Positions 23,906 through 36,259 of a DNA stretch of 64,000 nucleotides are shown here, piece after piece; the first letter of the stretch is position 1, and each line of letters opens with the position of its first letter. A program made the translations under genes and the position numbers. This DNA comes from Octopus sinensis (taxonomy: Eukaryota). Where the stretch lies: positions 5,054-69,053 of the forward strand of contig NW_021832986.1 of NCBI RefSeq assembly GCF_006345805.1. Direction: 5' to 3'. The notes below the pieces were generated by a model, which had not been told where the DNA came from, made no database searches, and was given only the letters and a program-made list of their open reading frames with translations.

Positions 23906-25949
23906 AGGTTGTTCTATTTTCCCTTCATCGATTATTCCGGTATTTTCAACACCCATAAATATGTAAAATGGGACTTTTTTATCGAAGAATGTATAATATT
24001 GTTATAATTATAAACAATGTCTTTTATCCATTCCCAATATTGTCAAAAACAATTTGAGAAGAACTTGCCGACAATATCCAGCGTTTTAGCTTTGATTAAA
24101 TTTACAAATCAAATTTTAATTATTCATCTTTAGACATTACTTTGTGTCCAAGGAGCATGAGACCTCCCACATAAATGTTTTATACCATATCCATTAGCAA
24201 ATTGCAAAATTCTTTTCTATTATCAGTGTGTAGAATAAGCGGAGGCCCGACGCAATAAAAAATGTTTTAAATTTTTAAAATGGAAATTCATTCCTAATTT
24301 CGTGAGGCTGTATCGTTCATGCCGCTTGATTGACGGTGTACCAAAGTTGGGGTCCTTCTTTTTTTGATTTTTTCTAATGTTTCCTTATACATTCCTCGAC
24401 ATTAAAATCCGGACAGTTAATAAATCGTCATTTTTATTATCAATTTTATTAAAATAAAAACTTAAGCATGCTAATATTATCTATATTTTTTAATTTTATA
24501 ATATTTATCCATAAATCTTTTTAAAATATTGAGAATAAAGCAAAAACCGATTTTTTTAAGACAAAAAATTCCGGACAAATGTCAAAAAATAAAATATCAG
24601 TAAGGAATATGCTTTCCTCTCGATTTAAATAACTCTAAACTACGAGTTTTCATCGAATTTATTAATTTTCGAATAAAATCAATTGGAATTTTATTCCAAA
24701 TTTCTAATATTTTATCCTTTTGTTGATGTTTATTTTTTGATCGATTTTCTGTATCATCCCTCGATAATTCATATTTAATTTTTGACCAAATATGTCCAAT
24801 GGATTCATATCGGGGGATTGTGCCGGCAAATCGAGTAAATTAATTTTGTTTGCAGAAAAATACTCCTTTGTTGCTTACAAAGTATGACATGGGGCATTGT
24901 CTTGCTGGAATATGAAGCTGTTTAATCCCATTTTAATGGCTGATTTTTCCAGATTGTTAGCAAGAATGTTTATATATTGTCCTGAGTTTATTTTTTCATC
25001 AATGAAACATAACGAACCCATTCCAAAATATGAAAAGCATCCCCAGACCATAATATTGCCGCCACCACATTTAACAGTTGGGTGATAATTTGAATTTTTG
25101 AATTCATTTCCCCTTTTTCAGTATATTATTTTTCTTTTTGGTGCATAATAAACTTCAAAAGTGCACTCGTCTGAAAAAAATGATTGATCTCCATCTTTCA
25201 TCATACATACCAACGAATATTTTCGATATTTCATATCTTTTGAGTATGTTTTTTTACTTAACAATTGTTTTTTCTTTGCTACTCTTCCAAATAAAACATT
25301 CTTGTTTAAATTGCGGGTAATTGTTCGTGGGGAAATTACTTTTTGAGTGATGGTTTCCATTTCTAGAGCGAGGTCTTTAGCAGATTTTTCACTATTGGCT
25401 TCAGAAAGTTCCACTAATATTTTGATTTCGTTTGTATTGAGTAATGTTGGTCTTCCAGACCAACTTTTTCTATAAATGGTTCATGAGTTCATGTATTTTC
25501 GAACAACATCGAAAACGGTCAATTTCGAAACTCCGAGGATATCAGAAATTCTCCTATAAGAAATAATTTGTCCTTTATAAAAAGAATCCATGGAATTTTA
25601 CGCCACTGAAAACACGTTTTATGCTTTTAAATATCGTTTTATAAAACTTTTGTAAATATATTTTTTTAAATATAAAAATATAGAAAAAAATATTGTGCTC
25701 AAAGGTTTTTTTTCTAAATTTGATAATAAAAATGACGATTTATTAATTGTCCGGATTTTAACGTCGAGGGGTGTATAGTCTTACTACAAGCATGTTTTCA
25801 CTCTTTTTTAATTAAAAAATAATAATGTGATTCTATAAAAATAAATAATAAATTATTTATTCTGTCACACTAATGTTTAAATTTCTATTTTATCGGTTAT
25901 TTGTGACAAGTGTTGATTATTTTACGTGTATTTTATTCGGGCTGTGACA
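23906..25949 (-). mobile_element. Degenerate copy of the 26058-28956 Ginger family, interrupted by Tc1
   Basis: 23906-24270 matches the integrase DNA at 26860-26930 and 28050-28340 in reverse complement. 25863-25949 is an inverted copy of that element's left end. Confidence 0.75.
24390..25773 (-). mobile_element. Tc1-family DNA transposon, degenerate
   Basis: About 55-bp TIRs flanked by TA. The transposase has FSDECTF, TVKCGGGNIMVWGCFS, FQQDNAPCH and PAQSPDMNP. Confidence 0.93.
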
Positions 25950-26945
25950 AAATTTGACCAAGTCAGCTAAATAAATAATTAAATCATTTAAAAATAGTTA
26001 GTGAACACAGGACATAGAATGAAAATAGGTTCGACTTTAATTAAAGCCGATAAATTATGTGACAGTCCGAATAAAATACACGCCGAATAATCTACACTTG
26101 TCACAAATGGCTGAAAAAATTAGAAATCTAAAAATTAGTATGAAAAAAATCAATAATTGATTATTTATTTTAGTAGAATCACATTATTATTTTGTATTTA
26201 AAAAAGCGTGAAACATGCGTGTAGTGAGATTATTTAAGGAAACACTGGACAAAATCAAAGAAATGAAAGACTCCAACTTTGATACATCGTCAATCGAGCG
26301 GCATGAGCGATACAGGCTCACAAAATTGGGAAAGAATTTCCATTTTGAAAATGGAAAAACATATTTTCGAAAAAATGGGCTTAAATTGCGTTTTTTCTGT
26401 GAAGATGAAATCGAATTAAAGCTTAAGTGCGTTGAGGTCCAACTTAATAAATAAAATTTAGGCGGAACATAACTATAACCACTTTGGGAGAGACCGGCTT
26501 TTTTCGAAATTAAGAAATCTCTATTATGGATTGAATAGAGAAGAAATCTCTAAGGTGATTTCGAATTGTGCTTTCTGTCAGGTAATAACTCCTTTTAGTA
26601 AATATTCTTAGTCGAAAAAATTATTGTCTACGAAGCCTCCGATTACGCCAATCATTGCAAGGAGATGTAGGGACAGATACATTGCGGATTTAATTGACCT
26701 CAGAAGATATTCGGCGTTGAATGATGGCTTTAGCTGGGTATGAATTTAATGTTAATAAATAGATTTTGGTAATTGTGGATTCTTTTTCCAAATATGTAAT
26801 GCTTGAACTGTCGGTGACCAAATCTTCTGAAGAAATCGCAGATTTATTCCAAAGAATTTTTTATTATGTCGGGCCTCCGCTTATTCTACACACTGATAAT
26901 GGAAGGGAATTTTGCAATTCGCAAATGGATGCTCTATGTACGAAA

Positions 26946-28047
26946 TCTTAATAATAAAATGGTATGGTGTGTGTCTGTCTGTCTGTCTGTGTGTCTGTCT
27001 GTGTGTCTGTCTGTGTGTCTGTCTGTCTGTCTGTCTGTGTGTGCACACCAACTTCAAATTGGCAATACGATGTCCTCGACTTACATGATGAGGTCCTTAA
27101 AACCTTCCCCCCCAAAAAAAATTAAAAAAATTTTTTCTGCGTTTTGGTCAAAATGAACAACTACGATGTCCTCGACTTACATGATGAGGTCCTTAAAACC
27201 TTCCCCCCCAAAAAAAATTAAAAAAAAATTTTCTTTGATAGTTGAAACCACATTAGCACAATCATTAACACAATTTACCACCAATTGACGCACGACCTTG
27301 AATAGAGTGTGCAATTAACAGATTTTGAAATACACTTTGATAGTTGAAACCACATTAGCACAACCATTAACACAATTTACCACCAATTGACAGCGCAATC
27401 AGAAGAATTTGCGTAAAAATATTAACTATTTACTTGAGTTTTTCGTAAAGATAGAATTTATTTTCGGTATGCCTCTTTTCCTAAACTTTTTTATTATTCA
27501 AAAATAATTTTTTAAATAGATAACCGAAGGAGGAAAAACGAAGCTGAAGAAAAAACGGTCAGCTTAATAAGGTAATTAATTAAATCTTTTTTGTGTGTCG
27601 CTTTCTTGCCTGCCGCATTTCCGCCTGCCGCATCTCCCCCTGCCCCATTTCCGCCAGTAAAAAATAAAAAAAGAAAAAAAAGGAAATTACAAAGGAAAAT
27701 GAAAAAATTAAATATAAAAAAAATAAACCACAAAAAATGAAAAAAAAGTTTGCAATGACAATAAACAAGGCCCAGGGACAGTCATTAAAGGTAGTTGGGT
27801 TATTTTTAGAGAGTGAGTGTTTTTCACATGGACAGCTGTATGTGGGATGTTTGAGGGTAGGCAGAAGAGAAAATTTATTCATATATGCCAAGGAAGGACG
27901 GACGACAAGCATCGTTTATCAACAGGCGATAGAATAGGGTTACATTAAACCAGGTAGTTTTACATCTACATAAACTTATAGTTGTTTGATGAAACAGGCC
28001 CTCCGCAGGAGCTAGGTCGCGGTGAGCGAAGCGAGCTGCCGAGCTAG
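26946..28047 (+). mobile_element. Non-autonomous Helitron inserted into the Ginger integrase
   Basis: Starts TC, ends CTAG after a GC-rich subterminal segment, and sits between A and T with no TSD. Removal restores ALCTK|YGIKHVRGRP. Carries the PIF1 helicase C-terminus FAMTINKAQGQSL...FSHGQLYV (27737-27937). Confidence 0.93.
26968..27043 (+). repeat. (GTCT/GTGT)n microsatellite within the Helitron 5' part
   Basis: Directly visible mixed GTCT/GTGT tract. Confidence 0.95.
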
Positions 28048-29566
28048 TATGGTATAAAACATGTACGTGGGAGGCCTCGTGCTCCTTGGGTACAAGGGCA
28101 AGTCGAAAGGTTAATGATTTAAAATCGATTTGTAGATTTAATCAAAGCATAAAACGCTGGATATCGTCGGCAAGTTCTTCTCAAAATTGTTTTGGACGAT
28201 ATCGCGAATGCATAAAGGACATCGTGTATGATTACAATAACAGCATTCATTCTTCGACAAAAAAAATCCCTTTTTATATATTCATGGGTGTTGAAAATCC
28301 TGGAAGGATTGATGAAGGGGGAATGGAGCAACTTTTAGCCTATGATTCAACTGGATTATCAGAGGCACGAGAAAGTGCATTAGAAAACTTAATTATTGCT
28401 GGCGAAAAAATGATTGAAAAAAGAAAATGGAGATACGACGAAGAAAATATCAATGTCGGAACGACTGTGCTTTTAAGGTCTCAAGCGTCAAATTAATTTT
28501 TAGACAGGACAACGATGCCAATGTTCGGCAGTATCCGCTGTACGATGGACTTGATGTTAATAAGTATATTGTTGTCGAGCGAAGAAATGATCTCTATGTT
28601 ATCGAAAAGGAGGACGGTGAGCGGTTACACGGAATTCATATTTCTCGATTAGCTAAAATTGATTAATTTTCATAAATCCATAATAAAAATAATTTTTTAT
28701 TTAAATTAACGATAAATTTTATATGAAAATTTTATTAGGATAACCTAAAATGGAATAACAATATTCAACGTATAAGTTAACTGCGTAAATTGAGTGTGGT
28801 TGGTTTTGTTTATATAAATTAGTAAAAAAGGTTAATGAATTTTACATTAAAAATCATATTTTTAATAATAATTAAACATTTTGTTGTGTAAATTTTTAAT
28901 TTCAGTAAAATTAAAGAATGTAATTATTCGGCGTGTATTTTATTCGGACTGTGACAGAGTATATATTTTATCTTAGTCACCTTTTCCCTAAAAATGCATA
29001 TCCTGGAGACATGACGGAAAAGTCCAGAAATATTGAGCCAAAGTATCTGGATATGTTCCGAATCTTCTGAAAGATTAATTTTCGGGAATTTCGAAACCAG
29101 AAAGACCCATTAATAACAGACAACGTAAACATGGCTAATTCAGACTGTTTTGAAAATAATTATTTTCTTGAGAAATATAAACATGAATAGTCATGATAGA
29201 GAAAAAAATGTGATAAAATTTATTATTGATCTAACGACGGTCATGGTCCAATCTCAGAAAGAAGCGCACGTGCACACTCGCAGATGATATCACTGCTTTC
29301 AAAGGCATGGCGAAGAAAAAGAAAGACTCGAAAAAGCATATTTTTTCATTTCTGTGTCTTCTCTATGAAAAATACGTATCCGCAGTCACTGCTAAAAAGT
29401 ATAATAATTAATTTTCGAAATTACATACATATATTCTTTTTTGTTAGTTTTTTAATTATTTTAAATTTAAAAAATTATATAGCTATAGAAAATTCTAGAA
29501 ATTTAATTCAGGCTTGTTTCATTCTACGTGGTCTTGTTAATATTTCTATTTCTAAGATAGTTAAAG

Positions 29567-30795
29567 ATGAGCGACAGATTTTTCACTACATCTGATGACT
29601 GTAATGTCTTAATAACATCTCCATAGTTTTCGGAGACGGTTTTGGTGGAGGAATATTTGAGAATTTTTTTGGTCATGGAAATTCAAGAAGAAGCAGGTCA
29701 TCTCGTAAATCAGAAATGACATATATACCATTCGGGTAGTTTCCAAAAGCGCTTAATTTCCTAAGTCTATCTTTAGAGGATTGCTACAAAGGCAAAAAAA
29801 CAAAACTTATGATTAAAAAGAAGGTTACTTGTAAAAAATGCCGCGGGTAAGGATAATTAATACATTATTAAGTTCTGGGAGTAAATCTGGTCAAAGTTAT
29901 TCCTGCTCTACCTGTAGAGGAAAAGGCAGAGTCATTCGTGTCCAACAAATTGGTCCTGGACTAAGGACTCAAGTTCAAGCTCAATGCGATGACTGCGGAG
30001 GACAAGGTTTGATTTTATCATTTATTTAAAATTTAAATAATTTTTATTATTAATAATTTATTAAAGGGGAGTCGGTTGACTATTCTGATCGGTGTCCAGA
30101 ATGTGAGGGGAATAAAGTAATTTCATCCTGCAATACGGTGGAAGTGACCTTCCCACCTGGATCTTGTCAAGACTCGTGTATTACTTTGAGAGGAGAAGGC
30201 GACCAATTGGTTGATTTTGGGTTTGTATTTGTAGCCGGGAATGGAGGCTGGCGATATCGTAATTAAAGTGGATCAGAAGCCACATGATACATACAGATGT
30301 GAACGTGGTGATTTGATAATGAACAAAACCGTGACAATGTCGGAAGCCATCTGCGGAGCTAAATTTCCCGTCCAACGTTTGGATGGTACGTGCTTCTATT
30401 TGCATGTCAACAAAATAATAAAAAATGGTTTTGTCGGTATATATAGTATAGACGATATTCGGATTGTGAAGAATGAAGGAATGCCCCCTAATGACGGACC
30501 TCGGGGAAATCTTTATATTTCGTTCACAGTGGAATATCCTCCCGACAACTTCGCATCAGAATCGGACCTTTTAGTTTTATTTTGAGATGCTTATTATTAG
30601 ATTCTGAAAAAACATTTGAATAGAAACTTTAAGTCTGAAAAGGAATGTGATGAATCTGATGCAGTTCTCGTGCAAATGGATAGTTTTGTTCAACAAACTC
30701 GGTGTACTGGTGGAACTCAGTCTGATGATGAACAAGATGACGAAAGAGGTCGTTTTCATGGTCAGTCTCATACTACCCAATGCACATCTCAATGA
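29567..30795 (+). CDS. DNAJA: DNAJA-type (class A) Hsp40 with no visible J-domain
   Basis: Spliced G/F region, four Zn-finger motifs (CKKCRGSG, CSTCRGKG, CDDCGGQG, CPECEGNK), GEGDQLPGMEAGDIV, EGMP...GNLYISFTVEYP, and a CaaX end CTSQ*. Confidence 0.9.
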
Positions 30796-30998
30796 ACTTA
30801 CTATATTTACTAAATTTGGTTTTGTTTTTTAATCATTATTTGAAATTTATTACTGAATAAAATTCATTTGGATCTAATTTGATAGATTTATTATTATTTT
30901 TTCTATTTTTTAGGATTCGATGCTTTTAGGCTAGGGGTGTCTAAGATATGGCCCGTGAGCTAAGTTTAAAAATGTATGTAAAGTCTTGAATTATTATT

Positions 30999-32620
30999 TG
31001 TCACCGGCCTTAGGCTGGACGGCGCCGTTCGTTGGACACTTTCAAAATCTCATTTATTTCAATTTTGCTCATATAAAACAACCTTAATTTTTTCCAAGTC
31101 CCATTTTAAGCCTATTTTCGATGAATTTGGTGACTTTTGAGAAAATAAGAGAGCTAACAAAACCAACCACACCGTTTTTTATACGATTATTGATTAAAAA
31201 TCATAATGTTTATTATATTTCGAGGTTTACCATTTTAAAATAATACTTTTTAATAGTTATAAAATCGAATTTATTTGTAAAATTTATTAAATAAAATAGA
31301 CGTTGGTATCCTAACAGCAATTTTAGAGATGACCAGTACAGATTTCTAAAGGGAACCCTAACCAAACCTTAATTGCTGCACACGTATTACTTCTTATCCA
31401 GCCCTAGGCTTTCAGGTAGTAAGTCCAACCTAAACCAATTGGCCTACGGCCGGATTTTTTTGGAATCCAACTATTCCCCTATGCGGCCTTCGGCCGCGGT
31501 GTGTTTGCTTCTTCTTATTTTAAGTTTCCTATTATTCACATTTGCGTCTCTATCATGTCGGATAATAACAGAATCTCCGACATTTATATCCTCTTCGTCG
31601 AATTTCCATTTCCTTTTTTAGACATTTTCGCTCCTGCTTTTTCTAAATTTTCTACTACATTATTTCTCTGTTCTAATATTGCAACTGTATTTTCTTCTGT
31701 AATGTCTTCGTATAGTATTTCTTCATTTATATCGTCTGCAGTAAACATTTCGAGTGATTTAATTTTATTATGAATTGTTTGGTTTTTAGTAATTCTCATA
31801 AACACGTCAAATGGTTTGTGTTTCGTAGTATCATGTTTTGTTGTGTTATAGTCATACACAATTTTCTTTGAGCTGACCTCCAGGCTCTCTATTAATTCGT
31901 GTATAACTTATTCCCCATTTTACCTGTTTTTCCAATTAAAAAAAAAAAATTTTCTTAATAATATCCAAATATCTCCCAAATGTTCCATTCGTAGCACTTG
32001 TAGCCGATATTCATCTTTTATAGATTGATTGAATCTATATAATTAAATTTTTCTTAAGCGACCTTTCTACTTGGCCCTGAATCCAAGGTGCTCTTGGCCT
32101 GCCGAAAACTTGTTTAGTTCCAAACTCCTTGCATACATTCTCTAACCAGGAGTTTCTAAATTCCTTTCCATTGTCACTATGCAAAAGAATTGGATGTCCA
32201 ATGGTGTAAAAAATTGATTTTATTAATTTTGAAATTTCAATAGCATTTTTTGTCTTTGGAGGTTCAACGACTCCAATGAAGAATCTTAGTTTTTTACCAT
32301 TTTTCAGAATGAAAAGCACAGATTGCTCATCAATAAAATTTTTTGAGAGAGAACGTATTTTAAAACGTTCTTTCCTCTGTGTTTCATCTTCTATCAAGCC
32401 AGTTTCAATATAATTAATTAATTTTTCAACAAAGGATTGCAATAGATACAACAAAACCATTCTCACGCGATTCTTAATTTAAACAAAAATTAGGAATATT
32501 TAATAAATTATTTAAATAATTTTGCTTTTTTAATGGAGATTATTATTGTAAAAATATTTTTAATTAAAAATATTGCTTAGTGTCCACTCAACGGCGCCGT
32601 CCATCCTACGGCCGGTGACA
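30999..32620 (-). mobile_element. Internally deleted Ginger-like element, second family
   Basis: 42-bp TIRs TGTCACCGGCC...GGACACT and a 5-bp TSD TTATT. Integrase remnants LHSDNGKEF...GRPRAPWIQGQVER and YDYNTTKHDTTKHKPF. Confidence 0.9.
31869..31947 (+). mobile_element. About 80-bp CRE 3'UTR plus poly(A) insertion
   Basis: Matches the 3'UTR at 57553-57600. TSD AATTTTCTT at 31860-31868 and 31948-31956. Removal restores the integrase frame LDIIKKIVYDYN. Confidence 0.8.
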
Positions 32621-33937
32621 TTATTTAACACCAAATAAACCTAAAACAATCTAAATACAAATAAAAAGGATATTACTTAAAGAATATTTAATGGTTCACT
32701 CTAAATAGTATGAACAAAAAATTCTTGAAATGGTCATACTATTTGGATACAGTCCGACTTTGAAATAGAACACTAAGTGTTTCAAAAACCAAGGTGTTCC
32801 AGCCCCAAGGTTTGTTCCAAATCAAGTTCGAAGTGTATTAGAATAGTAGAATTAATTTTTTGGATATATTTCAATTTTGAAAAAACGAAACTTTCACTAA
32901 TCATATCAAAACATAAACGATTAATAAAATCCATTTATTCTCTAAACATAATTAACATAACATGTTATTCATTATTTGTCAACTACAAACACATTTTTCA
33001 AATGGCAAAGTGATCGCCAATTTTAAAGCGACTCTTATCGAGGTAAAAACTTTTATATTTTCAGATTAAACCTAACTTATAAGATATCTTCACAATTAAT
33101 GCGATAAAAGATGGCATTCTTCCAGCTTGTTTATATCTACAAGAGTGTGATCGAACCAGGACTTTTATATGGATGCGAAAGTTAAATATTCTTCAAAAAA
33201 AGCAACAGATTATTGACATTTTTGAACAAAACAAGAAGATTTGCTATGAAATTAGCCTTCAAGCGTAGAGTGAATACCCTGCTTAGAGACTTGGAGGCAA
33301 ACTCGACTGAAACGATTGGCGCTTTGGTTGAACAGAGAATAAAGACCTCCAACAATGACAAATAATTCGGGCTTTTTAGAAACGGTCAGCAATGCAAAGA
33401 AATTATGTTAAGTCTCATAACAAGACTGCTTCCTTAACCACGTAGCTTGTTTTCGTGCTCTTGGTTTCGCGTTAAATAAAAACATTCACATTCACACATA
33501 GTCTTTCTATCTTCTCAAAAAGTCTTTAAAAATGTCGACTTTTCTTTATCATAAATTTCAAATTTTACAAAAATAATATTTCATTTAACATGAGAAGATG
33601 GAGGAGACAAAAGGACAGCATTACTTTAGGTGCTCAATATGTGTATTCTTTCATGTTTCGGATAACAAACAATAATAATTGGATAACTGATCCGCACTTA
33701 TAGTTTGCAAAATGGTATGTTAAATTTTGCTAAATCTAAATACGACTATTTCCAAGAGAATTAGCTTAAAGCTAGCATTTGAATTTTCAAATAATCAGTC
33801 AGTTTACATTAAGAGATGCATACATGCCTCTCGACGTGGCAAATAACTGTAATAATACTGTATCAATGATCATAACACATTTTAAGGGTGGTTCTTAAAA
33901 TAAAAACAATTCCACAGAAACTCAGGTTTAATAAATA

Positions 33938-34500
33938 CAGTCAACCCTTGTTAATCCGAAAAATTCAAATCGACTTTCCCTTCGGATTTCGGATTATGAA
34001 GGAATCTAAAATTTATATGATGTTAGATAAATGACCAAATTAGTAATTAATTTACTAATCTGTTTATAAACACAATTATTTATTAAAAAATCGAATAAAG
34101 TTCTTTGTATAATGTTTTTTTAATTAATTTTATTAAATCATCCCGAAGACGAGTAGTTGAGTTCTTTGGAAGCTTTATAACTTTAATGTTTGGAAAATTG
34201 TTCTTCAAGAACTTTCAATTTCAAATTGAACCGATTTTTGAATCTATATAGCCATCCTTTGCTAAATTGCAGGTTTTCAATATTTAACTTTTATACCAAT
34301 TCCTTTGCTTTAGTAATAGTAATTTCATCAGTCATGTAACCGTTAATAGCATCCATTCGAGATATCCATTCTATCAATGAATTCTTAAGCAGATAATGAT
34401 TTTTGAAAGCCTGTCTATAGTAAGTGTTTGATCAACAGATCAATTGGCGAAAACAACTGGACACAAACCACGATCTTCTTAATAATGATGTAGTTATTAG
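33938..34500 (-). mobile_element. Deleted Tigger element
   Basis: TA-CAGTCAACCCTTG end, CENP-B HTH motif QFSKGWLYRFKNRF, and DDE_1 remnant FPNIKVIKLPKNSTTRL. Confidence 0.7.
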
Positions 34501-36033
34501 TTACTTTGTTTACTCTTTTTCCTTGTCAAAGATAGTTTCAATCAATATCAAAATATCACTATAGTACGATTCGGGTTTGGGCCAGACTCCAGGGTGGTCC
34601 ATCTTCGGTTTTTGGGGAACAACGCTTTTAGGAGAAGTTTTGAAAAAAGTCAATTTTTCATTATATTATTTATTTTTGATGGGTTTTTGTTTGGGCCGGT
34701 CCTGTACTGACTGTATTAACTCAATTCCATAGTATCAAAGTCACGGGATTCTGGCTTATCAACCAGTATTATCTGTTTAGATTTGTCAAGATGGCTGACT
34801 TCCCAAAACATGTGTGCATCTCAACTAAAGTGCTTATTTATACCGATGACATTATTATTACGGACGAAGCAGCCCTTCTGACAAGGTAGGAAATGAAACC
34901 AACAAATCTATTTAGAGCAAATAAAACAGCAAATAGCAGGAGAGTACTTGACTCTGACTCTGAGTATTCGCATTGATATTCGGAGGTCCCGATCGTTTTG
35001 TACCTGAGAGTCTAATTTTCTAAAAATGGGAGATGAGAGAAAGACATTATCCTAAGGAAAAAACGGTGTACACAAATGATCATGTGCCTGATCAAATTTT
35101 GTCTATCCCGGAGACTGTGCTATTTATTTTCAGACAGCTATTCTTCTCGTGCAGATTTATGAACTGAAGGGTGGAACTGGTTCCCCTTTAAAGCAAGAAT
35201 TAAAACTACTGGAGAAAAGGAGATGATTAGCGCTTAAGATGGCCTTTGGCGTGAATCTGAGAGAAAAAATATTGAGCAGGTACGATATATTTTTTATAAT
35301 TGACGACCTTGTCGAAAACCAGTTCCAAAAGTTCCTAGACGAGAGAAGATAATAACAATAAACGACTTACTGTGCAAGATCTACTACTGGCTCTTAATTT
35401 TATCTCCGCTATCTATTTGTGAAAATAAAACCATGTTATCTTATGATAAAAATGGTGCTTCAAACCGATGTCGTAGTATATGAAACAAATAATCTGTTAA
35501 ATCAAACAAAATCAAAACTTAATAGTCTGGCCCGCGAACATGGAACTATTTTTTCGATTTTTCTTTGTTTTTGTTATTGGATAAGAAGAAAGTATAACAT
35601 CATTTATTGAATTTAAAATTATATTTTTATTTATTTGGTCAAAATTATCATATTGGGTTCTTTTTTCTTTTTCAATATTTTTATACCTTCTCTACTATTT
35701 ATTTCTGTTCATAACTACAGTCCGACACCGGTTCGAGGCGCCAAAATTTTCAATTTGTCCCAAAATGCGGGGGTGCCCCAAAAATTCAGGGTATTTTAAA
35801 CATGCTTTTATTTTTTTGTTTATTTCACTTCTAACAAATGGTTCAGATCTGGAATCTGATTTTTTACTTTTAAGTAGATAAAAAACATTAATGTTGTAGT
35901 AAAACTGAATTATAAATGTTTAAAATAGTTAGTAATTGTTCCTCCAATTTTCTTTTTCCCTAACTGTTGGGTTAATTTTTTTCTAAATTCATAGTAAATT
36001 TGTAGATTTTCGGGACATTTTGCGTACATATTA

Positions 36034-36221
36034 TGTCACATGCCCCGCTCGTTACCATGCCCCGCTCGTTACCATTGCTCTAAACTTTTAAAAATTTCAA
36101 TTTAAATTATTTAGATGATCGAAATATATTTATTTATTAAATTAAAAATTAATAATATTATGGATTTTTATTTTTTCAATGCTTAACCATTATTATTAAA
36201 AAACAATAAATTAGGCATGCT

Positions 36222-36259
<38 letters not shown>

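Larger units (their letters stand above)
26058..28956 (+). mobile_element. Ginger2/Tdd-like DNA transposon with an intron-containing Gypsy-type integrase
   Basis: 34-bp TIRs TGT(G/C)ACAGTCCGAATAAAATACACGCCGAATAAT. Introns at 26437-26461, 26582-26611, 26738-26762 and 28110-28135. Has the HHCC finger and ADLID / HTDNGREF / GQVER motifs. No TSD retained. Confidence 0.9.

Noticed and set aside
26866-27733. ORFs with CVSVCLSV and GGNGAGGDAAGG repeats
   Set aside because: They are translations of the Helitron microsatellite and 14-bp repeats.
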